Assembly: GCA_963422375.2 (NCBI GenBank)
Contig: OY729428.2
Location: forward strand, 1,792,001-1,856,000
Direction: 5' to 3'
Source: Bryobacterales bacterium
GTDB lineage: Bacteria; Acidobacteriota; Terriglobia; Bryobacterales; UBA6623
DNA: 64,000 nt
Under the pieces are notes generated by a model, which ran no database searches, was not told the DNA's origin, and saw only the letters and a program-made list of their open reading frames with translations. The position numbers were made by a program, and so were the translations under genes. Shown in pieces: positions 12,081-21,707 of the stretch; the first letter of the stretch is position 1, and each line of letters starts with the position of its first letter.

Positions 12081-13934
12081 ATGGTCAAATTCGTGGCGGG
12101 GTGGGCCGGAGCCACCCGGCTCCAGTCCTCGACTGCAGGGGCCGTCGCGCGCCGACTCCCTGCGATCGCCTTGCGACACCGTCTGCTCGGATACGGGCGC
12201 TGCGCACGGCTCGCTTGGTTCCTTGTGGCCGCGGCAGTCTCCGTGTCCGCCCGGCCGGAGATTGTCCTCGGGGATCCCGTGTCGCCGCCCGCGTGGGCCC
12301 TTGCCGAACGCCTGCTACTCGATTCGGCTTCCGCCGGGGTCAGGGAGTTCTACGAGCGCTTCGTCGACCGGCGGGGGTATCTGAAGTGCGTCGAACGCTG
12401 GGGCGGAAACGACGGGGCGGACGACGCTATGGAGAATTTCGGCGGTTGGACGCTGCTGTACGCGCTGGGCGGCAGCCCTGACGCGCTGGAACTGTACCGG
12501 AGGGCTTGGGAAGGGCATCTCCGGCAGTACACGCAGGCGCGCGCTCCCGGCATTGAGATGGCGCGGGACGGCATGTACTGGCGTGAATTCGTCACGTCCT
12601 TCGACTGGGAGCATACCGGCGAGGCCCTCGCGGCGTTTCACATGTACGGTTTGGCAAGGCCGGACGATCCCGCCTATGCAGCTCGCGTGAAGCGATTCGC
12701 GGACTTCTACACCGGCGCGGATCCCGACGCCGACAACTACGACTCGGAACTGAGGATCGTCAAGAGCCTGCACAACGGCAGCCGGGGGGCCAAGCTCTCG
12801 CCTGCGAGCGAGATGGACTGGGGAGGCCTGCCCGTCGCGGACGCCCCCGAGCGGCTCACGCGCTACGCGACGGCGTCCAACATCCGCGGGGACCATCCCC
12901 TCAACCTAGCCGCCACCGCGCTCGGCTTTAATGCCTACGCCCTGACCGGCGACCGCCGCTTCAGGGACTGGGCTGTCGAGTACGCCGGTGCGTGGCGCCT
13001 GCGCGTCATGCGCAACCACGGCAACATCCCCACGAATATCGGCTTGGACGGCGCGATCGGCGGCGAATGGGGCGGCAAGTGGTACGGCGGCGTCTTCGGC
13101 TGGAACTTCTGGCCAGAGTCGAGCGGTCGCAACTACTTCATTCGCGGTCCGCGGATTGCGTTCGGCATCGGCGCTCTGCTCACGGGCGATACCGGCTTTC
13201 TCGAGCCTCTGCGACGGCAGGTCGCCAACCTTTACGCGGCGAGGAAGGTCGTCGACGGCCGGGTCCTGCTTCCGAGAAAGCACGGCGACGATGGCTTCTA
13301 CGGCTACGCGGATGGCCAGCACTTGGACGTGCAGCGCGACGTCTACTTGTTCACTCTGGATCGCAGCCTGCTCGACGGCCTTGCCGGTGACCCGTGGATT
13401 CGATTCCTGGACGGCAGCAACCCGGACTATCCGCTGCGGGCGCTGGGCGGCGATATCTCCTCGGTCCGGTCGCGCCTTGCAAGAATGCGAGCCGACGACT
13501 CCGTTGATTACGAGAGGTCGTCGGATTACACGCAGCGCTTCAATCCAGCGGCAACCGACTCATTGGTCGAGCTCGCGCTGGGCGCGAACCCGCCGGGGCG
13601 GTCCGGCAACATTCTCCACGCCCGCCTGTTCTACTTCGATCCGGCGGGTGATCGTCCGGGGCTGCCGGACCGCGTTGCCGCCTTGGTGGACCGGATCGAC
13701 TCCTCAGGCGTCCGTGTCCGGCTGGTGAATCTCGACTCGACGCGGGCTCGGCGGGTTGTCCTCCAAGCCGGAGCATACGGCGAGCACTCCTTCGACCTTG
13801 TCCGTTCCGGCGGCGCTGAGATTCAAATTGACGGCAGCCGCATGGAGGTCCTCTTGGGGCCAGGGGCGGGTGGCTCTCTGGACATAGGCATGGATCTCTT
13901 CGCCAACCAGCCCTCGTTTCGGCGAGTGCCGTGA
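12081..13934 (+). CDS. Exported hypothetical protein, possibly an alpha/alpha-toroid carbohydrate-active-like enzyme; true start probably near TTG 12171
   Basis: Long ORF with genome-like codon usage, signal-like LAWFLVAAAVSVSA, acidic/aromatic motifs RWGGNDGADDAMENF, FDWEHTGE and GKWYGG. Confidence 0.6.
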   Translation: MVKFVAGWAGATRLQSSTAGAVARRLPAIALRHRLLGYGRCARLAWFLVAAAVSVSARPEIVLGDPVSPPAWALAERLLLDSASAGVREFYERFVDRRGYLKCVERWGGNDGADDAMENFGGWTLLYALGGSPDALELYRRAWEGHLRQYTQARAPGIEMARDGMYWREFVTSFDWEHTGEALAAFHMYGLARPDDPAYAARVKRFADFYTGADPDADNYDSELRIVKSLHNGSRGAKLSPASEMDWGGLPVADAPERLTRYATASNIRGDHPLNLAATALGFNAYALTGDRRFRDWAVEYAGAWRLRVMRNHGNIPTNIGLDGAIGGEWGGKWYGGVFGWNFWPESSGRNYFIRGPRIAFGIGALLTGDTGFLEPLRRQVANLYAARKVVDGRVLLPRKHGDDGFYGYADGQHLDVQRDVYLFTLDRSLLDGLAGDPWIRFLDGSNPDYPLRALGGDISSVRSRLARMRADDSVDYERSSDYTQRFNPAATDSLVELALGANPPGRSGNILHARLFYFDPAGDRPGLPDRVAALVDRIDSSGVRVRLVNLDSTRARRVVLQAGAYGEHSFDLVRSGGAEIQIDGSRMEVLLGPGAGGSLDIGMDLFANQPSFRRVP

Positions 13935-14062
13935 ATTGGGGCCGGGCCGGGGCTGCTTCGGACCTGCGTGCGCCGCAGCGCTGCCGCACGCCTGCGCTAC
14001 CCGCGCCCGACCCGCGACTCGGTCAGCTGCTGACGCCGACGCGACCGTGTGCCCGGCCGCCC

Positions 14063-15250
14063 TTACGGCTCGCTGCCGGAGGCGATGAAGTCGCGGTGCC
14101 GCTCGACAGCCTCGAGAATCGCAGCGACCGTCTGGGGCTCGCGGTCGGCAACGTCCCAGCGCTCGCCCGCATCCGTGCTGAGGTCGAACAGGAGGGGATG
14201 ATCATGCTTCCGGTTATTGGCGTATCCGCGCCACCCGATCTGCCTCTCGGTGCCCAGGGACTCCCACGACTCGAAGTCCAGCTTGTGACTCCCGACGCGG
14301 GCGGCCCAGAGGTTGCCCGGCTGGCCGTAGTAGAACCATTCAGTCCGGGCGCTCGGCTCTCCGCTCAAGAGCGTCGGCGAGAGGTCGAGCGAGTCAAGCC
14401 CGGAGGTCTCCGGCAGCGGTGCGCCCGCAATCGACGAGACGGTGGCCAGCAGGGCGACGTTGACGTCGATCCCGTCGATGACCGCCGGGCGGACGCGGCC
14501 AGGCCACCAGAAGATCGCGGGGACGCGGAAGCCGCCCTCCCACGACGTGATCTTGCCGTCCCTGAGGTGGCCGGACGATCCGCCGAGATCGGTCCGTTGT
14601 CGCTGCTGAACCAAACCACGGTGTCCCCCGCGACGCCCAAATCCTCCAGGGCCCTGGTGATTGCTCCCACGGACCAGTCGAGTTCCTCGATCACGTCGCC
14701 GTACATGCCGGCGCTGCTGCGGTCCTCGAATTCCGGCGAGCGGAAAAGGGGCACGTGCGGCATGCTGTTTGCAGGGAACAGGAAGAACGGCGAGTCGCCT
14801 TGCTCGCGGATCCACCGGACCGATTCCTCGGTGTAGCGCTTGGTTAGCGTCGGCTGGTGGGCGGGAGTTTCGATCGCCGCGCGCTGGCGGTAGAGGGTGA
14901 TCGGGAAGTCCGCGCTGGTCGAGTTCCGGATGTTCTCATAGGTCCGCTCGAAGCCTTCCCGTAGCGGAGCGTCGTTGCTGCCGACCAGTCCGAAGAAGTA
15001 GTCGAAGCCTTGGTCGTTGGGATGCGCTCCCCGGTAGTCGAACCGGGCGCTGAGGCTCCACTTGCCCACGTACGCCGTGGAGTAGCCGGGCCCTTGAGCG
15101 TTTCGGCGAGCGTGACTTCGCTGTCGGGCACGTCGGCCCACCTGTTCCTGCCGTCGCCGTGAATGCGGATCGGCATCCGCCCTGTCAGCAGCGCCACGCG
15201 GCTCGGGTTGCACAACGGCGCCGAGGCGTAGAACGAGGTCCCCCGCTGCC
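14063..15250 (-). pseudogene. Arylsulfatase-family pseudogene, 5'-truncated and frameshifted
   Basis: SFYASAPLCNPSRVALLTGR, GFDYFFG, YGDVIEELDWSVG, SSDNGP, GKITSWEGGFRVP and LFDLSTDAGER lie in different frames. The N-terminus is replaced by IS1380 sequence. Confidence 0.85.
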
Positions 15251-15254
15251 CCGC

Positions 15255-16338
15255 CGGGGTCCGTGCCCGGGGTGCCGCCGGGCGCGCGCCGGGCCTCGAC
15301 GGCCGCCCGCAACGGGGCCGCGCGCCGCTCCGGCACCGCGTTCTTCTGCAGGCACGCCACGCACTCCAGGCCCTCGCGCTCGCCATAGGCCGGCAGCTCG
15401 TCCCCTTGGAGGCCCGCGTCCAGGCGCAGGCGCAGCGTCGTCCGCGGGAAGAATTCCCGCAGCAGCGGCAGCAAGCGCTCCAGCAGCGGCAGCAAGCCCT
15501 CCGCGGCCGTGCCCGAGCGCAGCAGCGCCGCCGCGAGATGCCGCTCGCGCTCGTCGTCGAAGCGCACCGCGCCCGCCAGCGACAAGTAGCAATGCGTGTC
15601 GTAGAAGCCGTTGCACAGCGCCAGCTGCCGGCCCCCGTGCGTCGGCTCGCAGGCCGGGTCGAAGTCCGGCTCGACGATGCTGGTCTCGGGGCGCCGCTCG
15701 TGCCGGCGCCGCACGACGCAGCGGGCCGGCACCGCGGACAGCGCGCTCGGCGCGTCCGCGGTGACGGCGTTCTCGAAGCGCGACAGGGTGGGCCGGGACG
15801 GCAGGTCGCGACCCTGCCAGGGGTCGCGCCCGAGCGGCAGCTTGAACACGGGGTCGCCGCCGAGGCGCCCGGCGTCGTGGCAGTCCTCCTAGCCGCGGGC
15901 GAGGCCGTGGACGCGCTGGCGGAGCCTGTCGGCGAGGGAGTGGAGCACCTTGGAGACCTTGGAGGGCTGGCGCCGGTCGCGCAGGCAGCCGGCGAACGCC
16001 GCGGTGAGGCCGGGAGCGCGGTCGGCGGCCTCGACCGGGACAGCGCCGCCGTCGGAGCTGCTGCGCTCGTGATCGAAGCGGACGGCGACGGGGCGACGGC
16101 GCGGATTGCGGAACGGAACGCCTTGGGAGCCTGCGGATGCGACCATGCATTCATTATAACCTACCGGATGAAAACAATTTCAGCGTATAAACTTGGATCT
16201 CAATCGGACCGGGCCGGGGCTGCCGCCGGGGATCGCAGGGCACTCCTAGGAGTGAGGATCACGCTGGACCGTGGGCCCTCACGGCCCGGGCGGAGGGACC
16301 GGACTATGGCCCTCCGGGCTACTCATGAATTATCCGGG
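15255..16338 (-). mobile_element. Truncated IS1380-family element with transposase pseudogene (about 15270-16146)
   Basis: SSDGGA, RQRVHGLARG*EDCHDA (in-frame TAG at 15889), PTLSRFEN, HGGRQLALCNGFYDTHCY and LRLDAG. Terminus CCCGGATAATTCATGA on the minus strand starts at 16338. The other end is absent, so the 15255 boundary is approximate. Confidence 0.82.
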
Positions 16339-16520
16339 CTAGGGCGAGGGCCAGGCATGCTGCTCCGGCTCGCTGCAACGGCCGACCCGCGAGGAAGCGG
16401 AGGGCAAGCGCGATTGCCGCGTGGATTGCGTGGGAATGCTGCATGGGTTCGCCGCCGGGCCGGGACGGCTCTCGCAACAGTATGGCCGGAGCCGGCCGCC
16501 CCCTTTCCCCGAGGGCGGGC

Positions 16521-17972
16521 CTACGGGGTGAGCACCGCGGGTCGCGGGGAATCCACCCTGCCCGGAGGCCGCTGGCCGCTGCCTCGCGCCTCGCCGTCTC
16601 CGAGCACCGCCCGAGCCCGCTCCGCAACCGTCATCAGGTGCTCGACCACCTCGGGCCGGCTGCTGGCTAGGTCGCTCTCGCTGCCGGGGTCATCCGCCAG
16701 GTTGAACAGCAGGGGTCGGCCAAGGTCTCCGTCCGGGAAATGGGGATGGCGCGTGCCGGGCCGCTGCAGCGGCAGGAACAGCTTCCACGGCCCTGAGCGG
16801 ACCGCGTGGAGGGTGTCCTCGTGGTAGTAGTAGAGATCCCGGCGCGGGGAGCGGGCCCGGCCCCGGCCGATCAGCGCGTCGGTCACGTCAAGCCCGTCAA
16901 TTTCGCGGCCCTCCGGAACCTGCGTGCCGGACAGCGCGGCGAACGTCGGCAGCATGTCGATCAGGCTGATGAGCTCGTCGCTCTCCGTGCCAGCCAGGAT
17001 GGTGCCCGGCCACCACGCGATCGCGGGAACGCGAAAAGCCCCCTCCGCGGTGGTATAGCCGCGCCCGTGCAGCGGACGGTTGCTGCCTCGCGCTCGGCTG
17101 GCCGGATCCGCCGCCAGCGGGGCGCCGTTGTCGGAGGTCCAAAGCACCAGCGTGCCGCGGTCGAGACCGGTCTCTTCCAGCTTGCCGAGGATCTGGCCGG
17201 TCGACCAGTCGAGTTCCTCCACGGCGTCGCCCCACGCCCCGTTGCGGCTATTCCCGCGAAAGCCGTCGCTGGCGAACGGGACTCGCTCGCTGCCCGGCAT
17301 CGCGTGCGACAGGAACAGGAAGAACGGGCGGTCCCGGTTCGTCTCTATATATCCGAGCGCGCGCTCCGTGTAGCGCTTGGTAAGGAGGTTCCGGTCCGCG
17401 GGAGCCTCGACGACGCGCTCGCCCTCCATCAGGGGCAGCGGCGGCCATCGGTCGCTTTCGAAGCGCTCGGAGGCCCGCCCGCGCCGCTGCGTCATGTCGT
17501 CGCTGTAGGGAATCCCGAAGTACGAATCGAAGCCGTGCCTGGTCGGCAGGAAGGCCGGCTGGTCTCCTAGGTGCCACTTGCCGATCATCGCGGTCGCGTA
17601 CCCGCGCGCCCGGAGCAGCTCCGCGACCGTGGTCTCGCCGGCGTCGAGCCCGTAGGGCGAGACCGGCCGCAGCACGTGACCGTCCCGCGGCGTCCTGTGC
17701 AGCCCGACGCGCTGCGCGTAGCAGCCCGTCATGAAGCTCGCCCTCGACGGCGTGCAGACGCCTGCACTCGCGTAGAAGTGGGTCAGGCGGCGGCCCTCGC
17801 GGGCCATGCGCTCGAGGTGCGGCGTGCGGTGGAGGGTGGACCCGAACGGCTCCGTGTCCCCGTAGCCCAGGTTGTCGCACAGCAGCACGACGATATTGGG
17901 CGGCCGCTCCGGATCCGCGGAGCACCCGGCCAACGCGAGCGCGGACAGAGCGCGGGCGAGAGCGCTGGTCAC
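16521..17972 (-). CDS. Sulfatase (arylsulfatase A-like), probable lipoprotein
   Basis: GTG at 17972 overlaps the upstream stop. LALAGC lipobox, PNIVVLLCDNLGYGD, CTPSRASFMTG, GKWHLG and SDNG. Confidence 0.9.
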   Translation of the reverse strand: MTSALARALSALALAGCSADPERPPNIVVLLCDNLGYGDTEPFGSTLHRTPHLERMAREGRRLTHFYASAGVCTPSRASFMTGCYAQRVGLHRTPRDGHVLRPVSPYGLDAGETTVAELLRARGYATAMIGKWHLGDQPAFLPTRHGFDSYFGIPYSDDMTQRRGRASERFESDRWPPLPLMEGERVVEAPADRNLLTKRYTERALGYIETNRDRPFFLFLSHAMPGSERVPFASDGFRGNSRNGAWGDAVEELDWSTGQILGKLEETGLDRGTLVLWTSDNGAPLAADPASRARGSNRPLHGRGYTTAEGAFRVPAIAWWPGTILAGTESDELISLIDMLPTFAALSGTQVPEGREIDGLDVTDALIGRGRARSPRRDLYYYHEDTLHAVRSGPWKLFLPLQRPGTRHPHFPDGDLGRPLLFNLADDPGSESDLASSRPEVVEHLMTVAERARAVLGDGEARGSGQRPPGRVDSPRPAVLTP

Positions 17973-19411
17973 GCGAACATGTCCGAGATAACCGACCCGC
18001 CGAAGTCGGTGAGCTTCTCGTGGCGGCCGTTGTGCAGGTACCACAGCCGGTCCTGGTCGAGACCCAGGGCATGCAGGATCGTGGCGTGGAAGTCGCGCAT
18101 GGCGAACGGCCTGTCGACCGCCCGCAACCCGAACTCGTCGGTTCCGCCGATGGCCTGGCCTCCGCGGACCCCGCCGCCGGCGAACCACATGGTGAAGCCG
18201 TGGGGGTTGTGGTCCCGGCCGTTGCCGCTCTCCGAGGTCGGCAGGCGGCCGAACTCGGCTCCCCAGATCACGAGCGTCCTGCCGAGCAGGCCGCGCTGCT
18301 TGAGGTCGTCGAGCAGTGCCGCCACCGGCTGGTCGCTGTGGCCGGCCATCTTCTCGTGATTCGCCTTGAGATGCTTGTGCGCGTCCCACTGCATGCTGAG
18401 CGGTCCGCCGCCAGAGTAAATCTGGATGAACCGGACGCCTCGCTCGACCAGCCTGCGAGCGAGCAGCAGCCGCGTGCCGAATTCCCGCGTGCGCTCCTGA
18501 TCCAGCCCGTACGCCCGCTTGGTTGCCAGCGCCTCCTGCGACAGGTCGACCGCTTCGGGCGCGTGCGACTGCATGCGGAAGGCCAGCTCGTAGGCCGCGA
18601 CGCGGGCCTGCATTTCGCTGTCGAAGTCCCCGGCGTCGGCCTCGTTCATCGATTGGAGCAGATCCAGCATCGCTCGCTGGCGCTCGACGGTCATCCCCTC
18701 GGGCGGCTTGAGGTGGAGAATCGGGTGCGGCCCCGGCCGCAGCAGCGTGCCTTGGAAGACCGACGGCAGGAAGCCCTGGCTCCAGCAGGACGTGCCCCCT
18801 TCCGGCGTGCCCTCCGGCTGGGGCATCACCACGTAGGCCGGCAGGTTCTCGGTGACCGATCCGAGACCGTAGGTGACCCACGAGCCGATGCTGGGATGCG
18901 TCGCGAACAAGCGGCCGTTATGCACTTCGTACATCGCCGGGGCATGCACCACGCTATTCGTGGTGAACGACCGCACGAAGCAGATGTCGTCGACGTGCCG
19001 GGCGACGTTGGGAAACAGCTCGGACACGGGCATCCCGCTCTCTCCGTGACGCTGGAATTCCCACGGGCAGGGGAGGATCGGGTTGCTGCCGTCCGTGAAC
19101 TGACCGCCCACCGTGCCGAAGCTCTCCGGCATCGCCTCGCCGGCGCGCTCGCCGAGCAGGGGCTTGGGGTCGAACGTGTCCATCGAGCTCGGCGCGCCGA
19201 CGTTGAAGATGAAGATGACCGCCTCGGCGCTGGCCTCGAAGTGCGGCTCCTTGCGTCGCAGGGGATTCTGCGCCTGATCCGCGGAGCAAGTTCCGGAGAG
19301 GAGGTGCTGCAGGGCGATCGCGCCGAAGCCGTTGGCGGCGCCGAAGAGAAGGTCCCGTCGGGAGAGGGCGCGGGGGATGCCGCCAGGGTTAGGGCCGGTA
19401 CACGAATTCAT
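17969..19411 (-). CDS. DUF1501 family protein with Tat signal
   Basis: SRRDLL, VIFIFNVGAPSSMDTFDPKP, ARRLVERGVRF, WDAH, EFGRLP and GRDHNPHGF. Confidence 0.9.
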   Translation of the reverse strand: MNSCTGPNPGGIPRALSRRDLLFGAANGFGAIALQHLLSGTCSADQAQNPLRRKEPHFEASAEAVIFIFNVGAPSSMDTFDPKPLLGERAGEAMPESFGTVGGQFTDGSNPILPCPWEFQRHGESGMPVSELFPNVARHVDDICFVRSFTTNSVVHAPAMYEVHNGRLFATHPSIGSWVTYGLGSVTENLPAYVVMPQPEGTPEGGTSCWSQGFLPSVFQGTLLRPGPHPILHLKPPEGMTVERQRAMLDLLQSMNEADAGDFDSEMQARVAAYELAFRMQSHAPEAVDLSQEALATKRAYGLDQERTREFGTRLLLARRLVERGVRFIQIYSGGGPLSMQWDAHKHLKANHEKMAGHSDQPVAALLDDLKQRGLLGRTLVIWGAEFGRLPTSESGNGRDHNPHGFTMWFAGGGVRGGQAIGGTDEFGLRAVDRPFAMRDFHATILHALGLDQDRLWYLHNGRHEKLTDFGGSVISDMFA

Positions 19412-21548
19412 TGCGGTTCAGCAGGGCGAGGGAGAAGTCGCGGAGCCCTTCGGGCCGCGACGCGAGGAACGCACTCGCCAGCCGCTCCTCCTCCGCCGTG
19501 GGCCGCCGCGCGAGCGTCAGCTCGTACGCCCGGGGCACTAGGCAGGCCGCGCCGCTGCTGGCGCAGTCGCGGCGCAGTCGCCGGGCGAGGGTCCGGGACT
19601 GGTCCTGCATGAGGTCGCTGTTGAGCAGGCTCAGCGACTGCAGGGCGTGCGTAGAGGTCTGCCGTACCGAGCAAGAGGTCATCGTGTCGGGCTGGTCGAA
19701 GTTGGCGAGGAAGGGCAGCCGCACGGTGCGCTTGTTCAGCAGGTACAGGCTGCGCCGGTCGTGCTGCGCCAGGTCGGGAGTCACGGGCCAGAGGTTGTCC
19801 GGCTCCGCCTCGGTGAAGATCAGGTCGTAGACCTCCTGCTCGATCGGGATCCGGACCGGCCTGCCGCCGACGGAGCGGTTGAGCCGTCCCGACGCCGCGA
19901 GGGCGCTGTCCCGGATCGCCTCGCCGGAGAGGCGGCGGCGGTGGGCTCGCCAGTACCGGGAGTTATCGGGGTCCGCCGCGGCCTTGGCTGGGTCGACCGC
20001 CGCGGACTGGCGGTAGGCGCTCGAGAGAGCGATGGCTCGGTCCATGGCCTTGACGCTCCATCCCTCGCGGACGAACCGCGCCCCCAGCTCGTCGAGCAGG
20101 GCCGGGTGCGTCGGAAGACCGCCCAGCAGGCCGAAGTTGTTCGGGTCGGACACGAGCCCGCGTCCCATGCGGTACTCCCAGATGCGGTTGGCCATGACGC
20201 GGGCGGTAAGAGGGTGCCTATCATCGGTCAGCCACATCGCCAGAGCCGCTCGCCGACCCGAAGGTCCGTCAGGCACGTCAACGCCGAGCGAGCCCAGGAC
20301 CGCTGGGAACCCGGGCGTGACGGGATCGCCCTTGCGGCGGTAGTCGCCTCCGCCCAGGATGAACGTCCCGGGCGCCTCGTCCATGTTCTCTACCGCGAAC
20401 GCGGCCCGCGGCGGCGGGGGCTTGCGCAGCTCCAGCTCGTGCATCCGCTGGCGGAGGGCCGCCCGGCGGTCCCTGACAGCGGGGGGCATGAGCGGTACGA
20501 TCTCGTACCAGACCGGCTTGACCTGCGAGTCGGCCTCCTTGGCGAGCCGGGCCTGCTCCTCGTCCCGGCGGTCTTCGGAGACCTCCAAAGCCTTCGCATG
20601 CCGCGGCTCCAAGGCGGCGCGCTTGCGGGCCCGGACCCGCTCGTTGAAGGGGGCTTCGATGGCCTTCAGCCGGTCCTGGATGGGCTTGAGCAGGGCCTCG
20701 TGCTCCTTGACCGACGCTTCGTACGCTTCGGTCTCGTCCACGGTCGCGATCGGGACGTCCTTGAGTTCGGTCGCGCCGAAGAACGCCTCCAGCCGGTAGT
20801 AGTCCTCCTGCGTGATCGGGTCGAACTTGTGGTCGTGGCAGCGGGCGCACTGCACGGTCAGTCCGAGCATCGCCTGTCCCACGCCCAGCGCCATCTCCGT
20901 GACGACCTCTTGGCGCGCCTCTGCCTTGTCCTGGTTCCCGGACGTGACGTGGCGTGGGCCCGCCCCGTGGAAGCCCGTGGCTAGCAGCGCGGACTCGTCG
21001 CCCGGGTAGAGCTCGTCGCCCGCCACCTGCTCCCGCACGAAACGGTTGAACGGCTTGTCCTCGTTGAAGGATCGCACCACGTAGTCGCGATACCGCCAGC
21101 CGTGCTCCCGATAGCCGTCGCGCTCGAAGCCGTCGGTGTCGGCGAAGCGGACCACGTCGAGCCACTTCTGCGCCCAGCGCTCGCCGTAGTGCGGGGAGGC
21201 GAGCAGGGAGTCGACCAGCCGCTCGTAGGCGAGCGACGACGGGTCCTCTAGGAAGGCGGCGGCCTGGGCCGGAGCGGGCGGCAGGCCGGTCAGGTCCAGG
21301 CACACGCGGCGGAGCAGGCGCTCCGGCGCCGCTTCGGGCGACGGGCCGAGTCCGCCGGACTGCAGGCCCGCCCAGACGAGGGCGTCCAATGCCGTCCGCG
21401 CCCAAGGCGAGCCCGCCGTCGGCGCCGGTGCCCGCGCGGGCGGCCGGAAGGCCCAGTACTCGCGGACGCCCTCCGGGATGTCGGCGCCCGTCGCGACCGG
21501 CAGGCAGGCAGTGCCCGTCGCCGCAAGGACCACGAACGCCGCCCGCAT
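19389..21548 (-). CDS. DUF1549/DUF1553 (PSCyt2/PSD1) domain protein
   Basis: YWAFRPP, DLTGLPP, SPHYGERWAQKWLDVVRFADT, CARCHDHKFDPI, HPLTARVMANRIW and ALQSLSLLNS. Confidence 0.9.
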   Translation of the reverse strand: MRAAFVVLAATGTACLPVATGADIPEGVREYWAFRPPARAPAPTAGSPWARTALDALVWAGLQSGGLGPSPEAAPERLLRRVCLDLTGLPPAPAQAAAFLEDPSSLAYERLVDSLLASPHYGERWAQKWLDVVRFADTDGFERDGYREHGWRYRDYVVRSFNEDKPFNRFVREQVAGDELYPGDESALLATGFHGAGPRHVTSGNQDKAEARQEVVTEMALGVGQAMLGLTVQCARCHDHKFDPITQEDYYRLEAFFGATELKDVPIATVDETEAYEASVKEHEALLKPIQDRLKAIEAPFNERVRARKRAALEPRHAKALEVSEDRRDEEQARLAKEADSQVKPVWYEIVPLMPPAVRDRRAALRQRMHELELRKPPPPRAAFAVENMDEAPGTFILGGGDYRRKGDPVTPGFPAVLGSLGVDVPDGPSGRRAALAMWLTDDRHPLTARVMANRIWEYRMGRGLVSDPNNFGLLGGLPTHPALLDELGARFVREGWSVKAMDRAIALSSAYRQSAAVDPAKAAADPDNSRYWRAHRRRLSGEAIRDSALAASGRLNRSVGGRPVRIPIEQEVYDLIFTEAEPDNLWPVTPDLAQHDRRSLYLLNKRTVRLPFLANFDQPDTMTSCSVRQTSTHALQSLSLLNSDLMQDQSRTLARRLRRDCASSGAACLVPRAYELTLARRPTAEEERLASAFLASRPEGLRDFSLALLNRNEFVYRP

Positions 21549-21707
21549 CGGCCTCACGCCCACATTATAGTCGCGGCGTTCCTGGAGCGGGCGGCATCCG
21601 TACGGCCCGTGCGCCCGTTGCGGGACGCAATCGCGCCCGAAGTGCTAGCTTGAAAGTTCCTGATCCGCTCTAGGTCGCTTCCAGCCGACCGCGATGGGAA
21701 GCGAACA

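Noticed and set aside
14365..15849. 494-aa ORF as a real transposase-sulfatase fusion protein
   Set aside because: It is a chimera of two pseudogenes with out-of-frame stretches.
16521..18881. 786-aa ORF
   Set aside because: The N-terminal part is an alternate frame of the DUF1501 gene; the sulfatase starts at about 17972.
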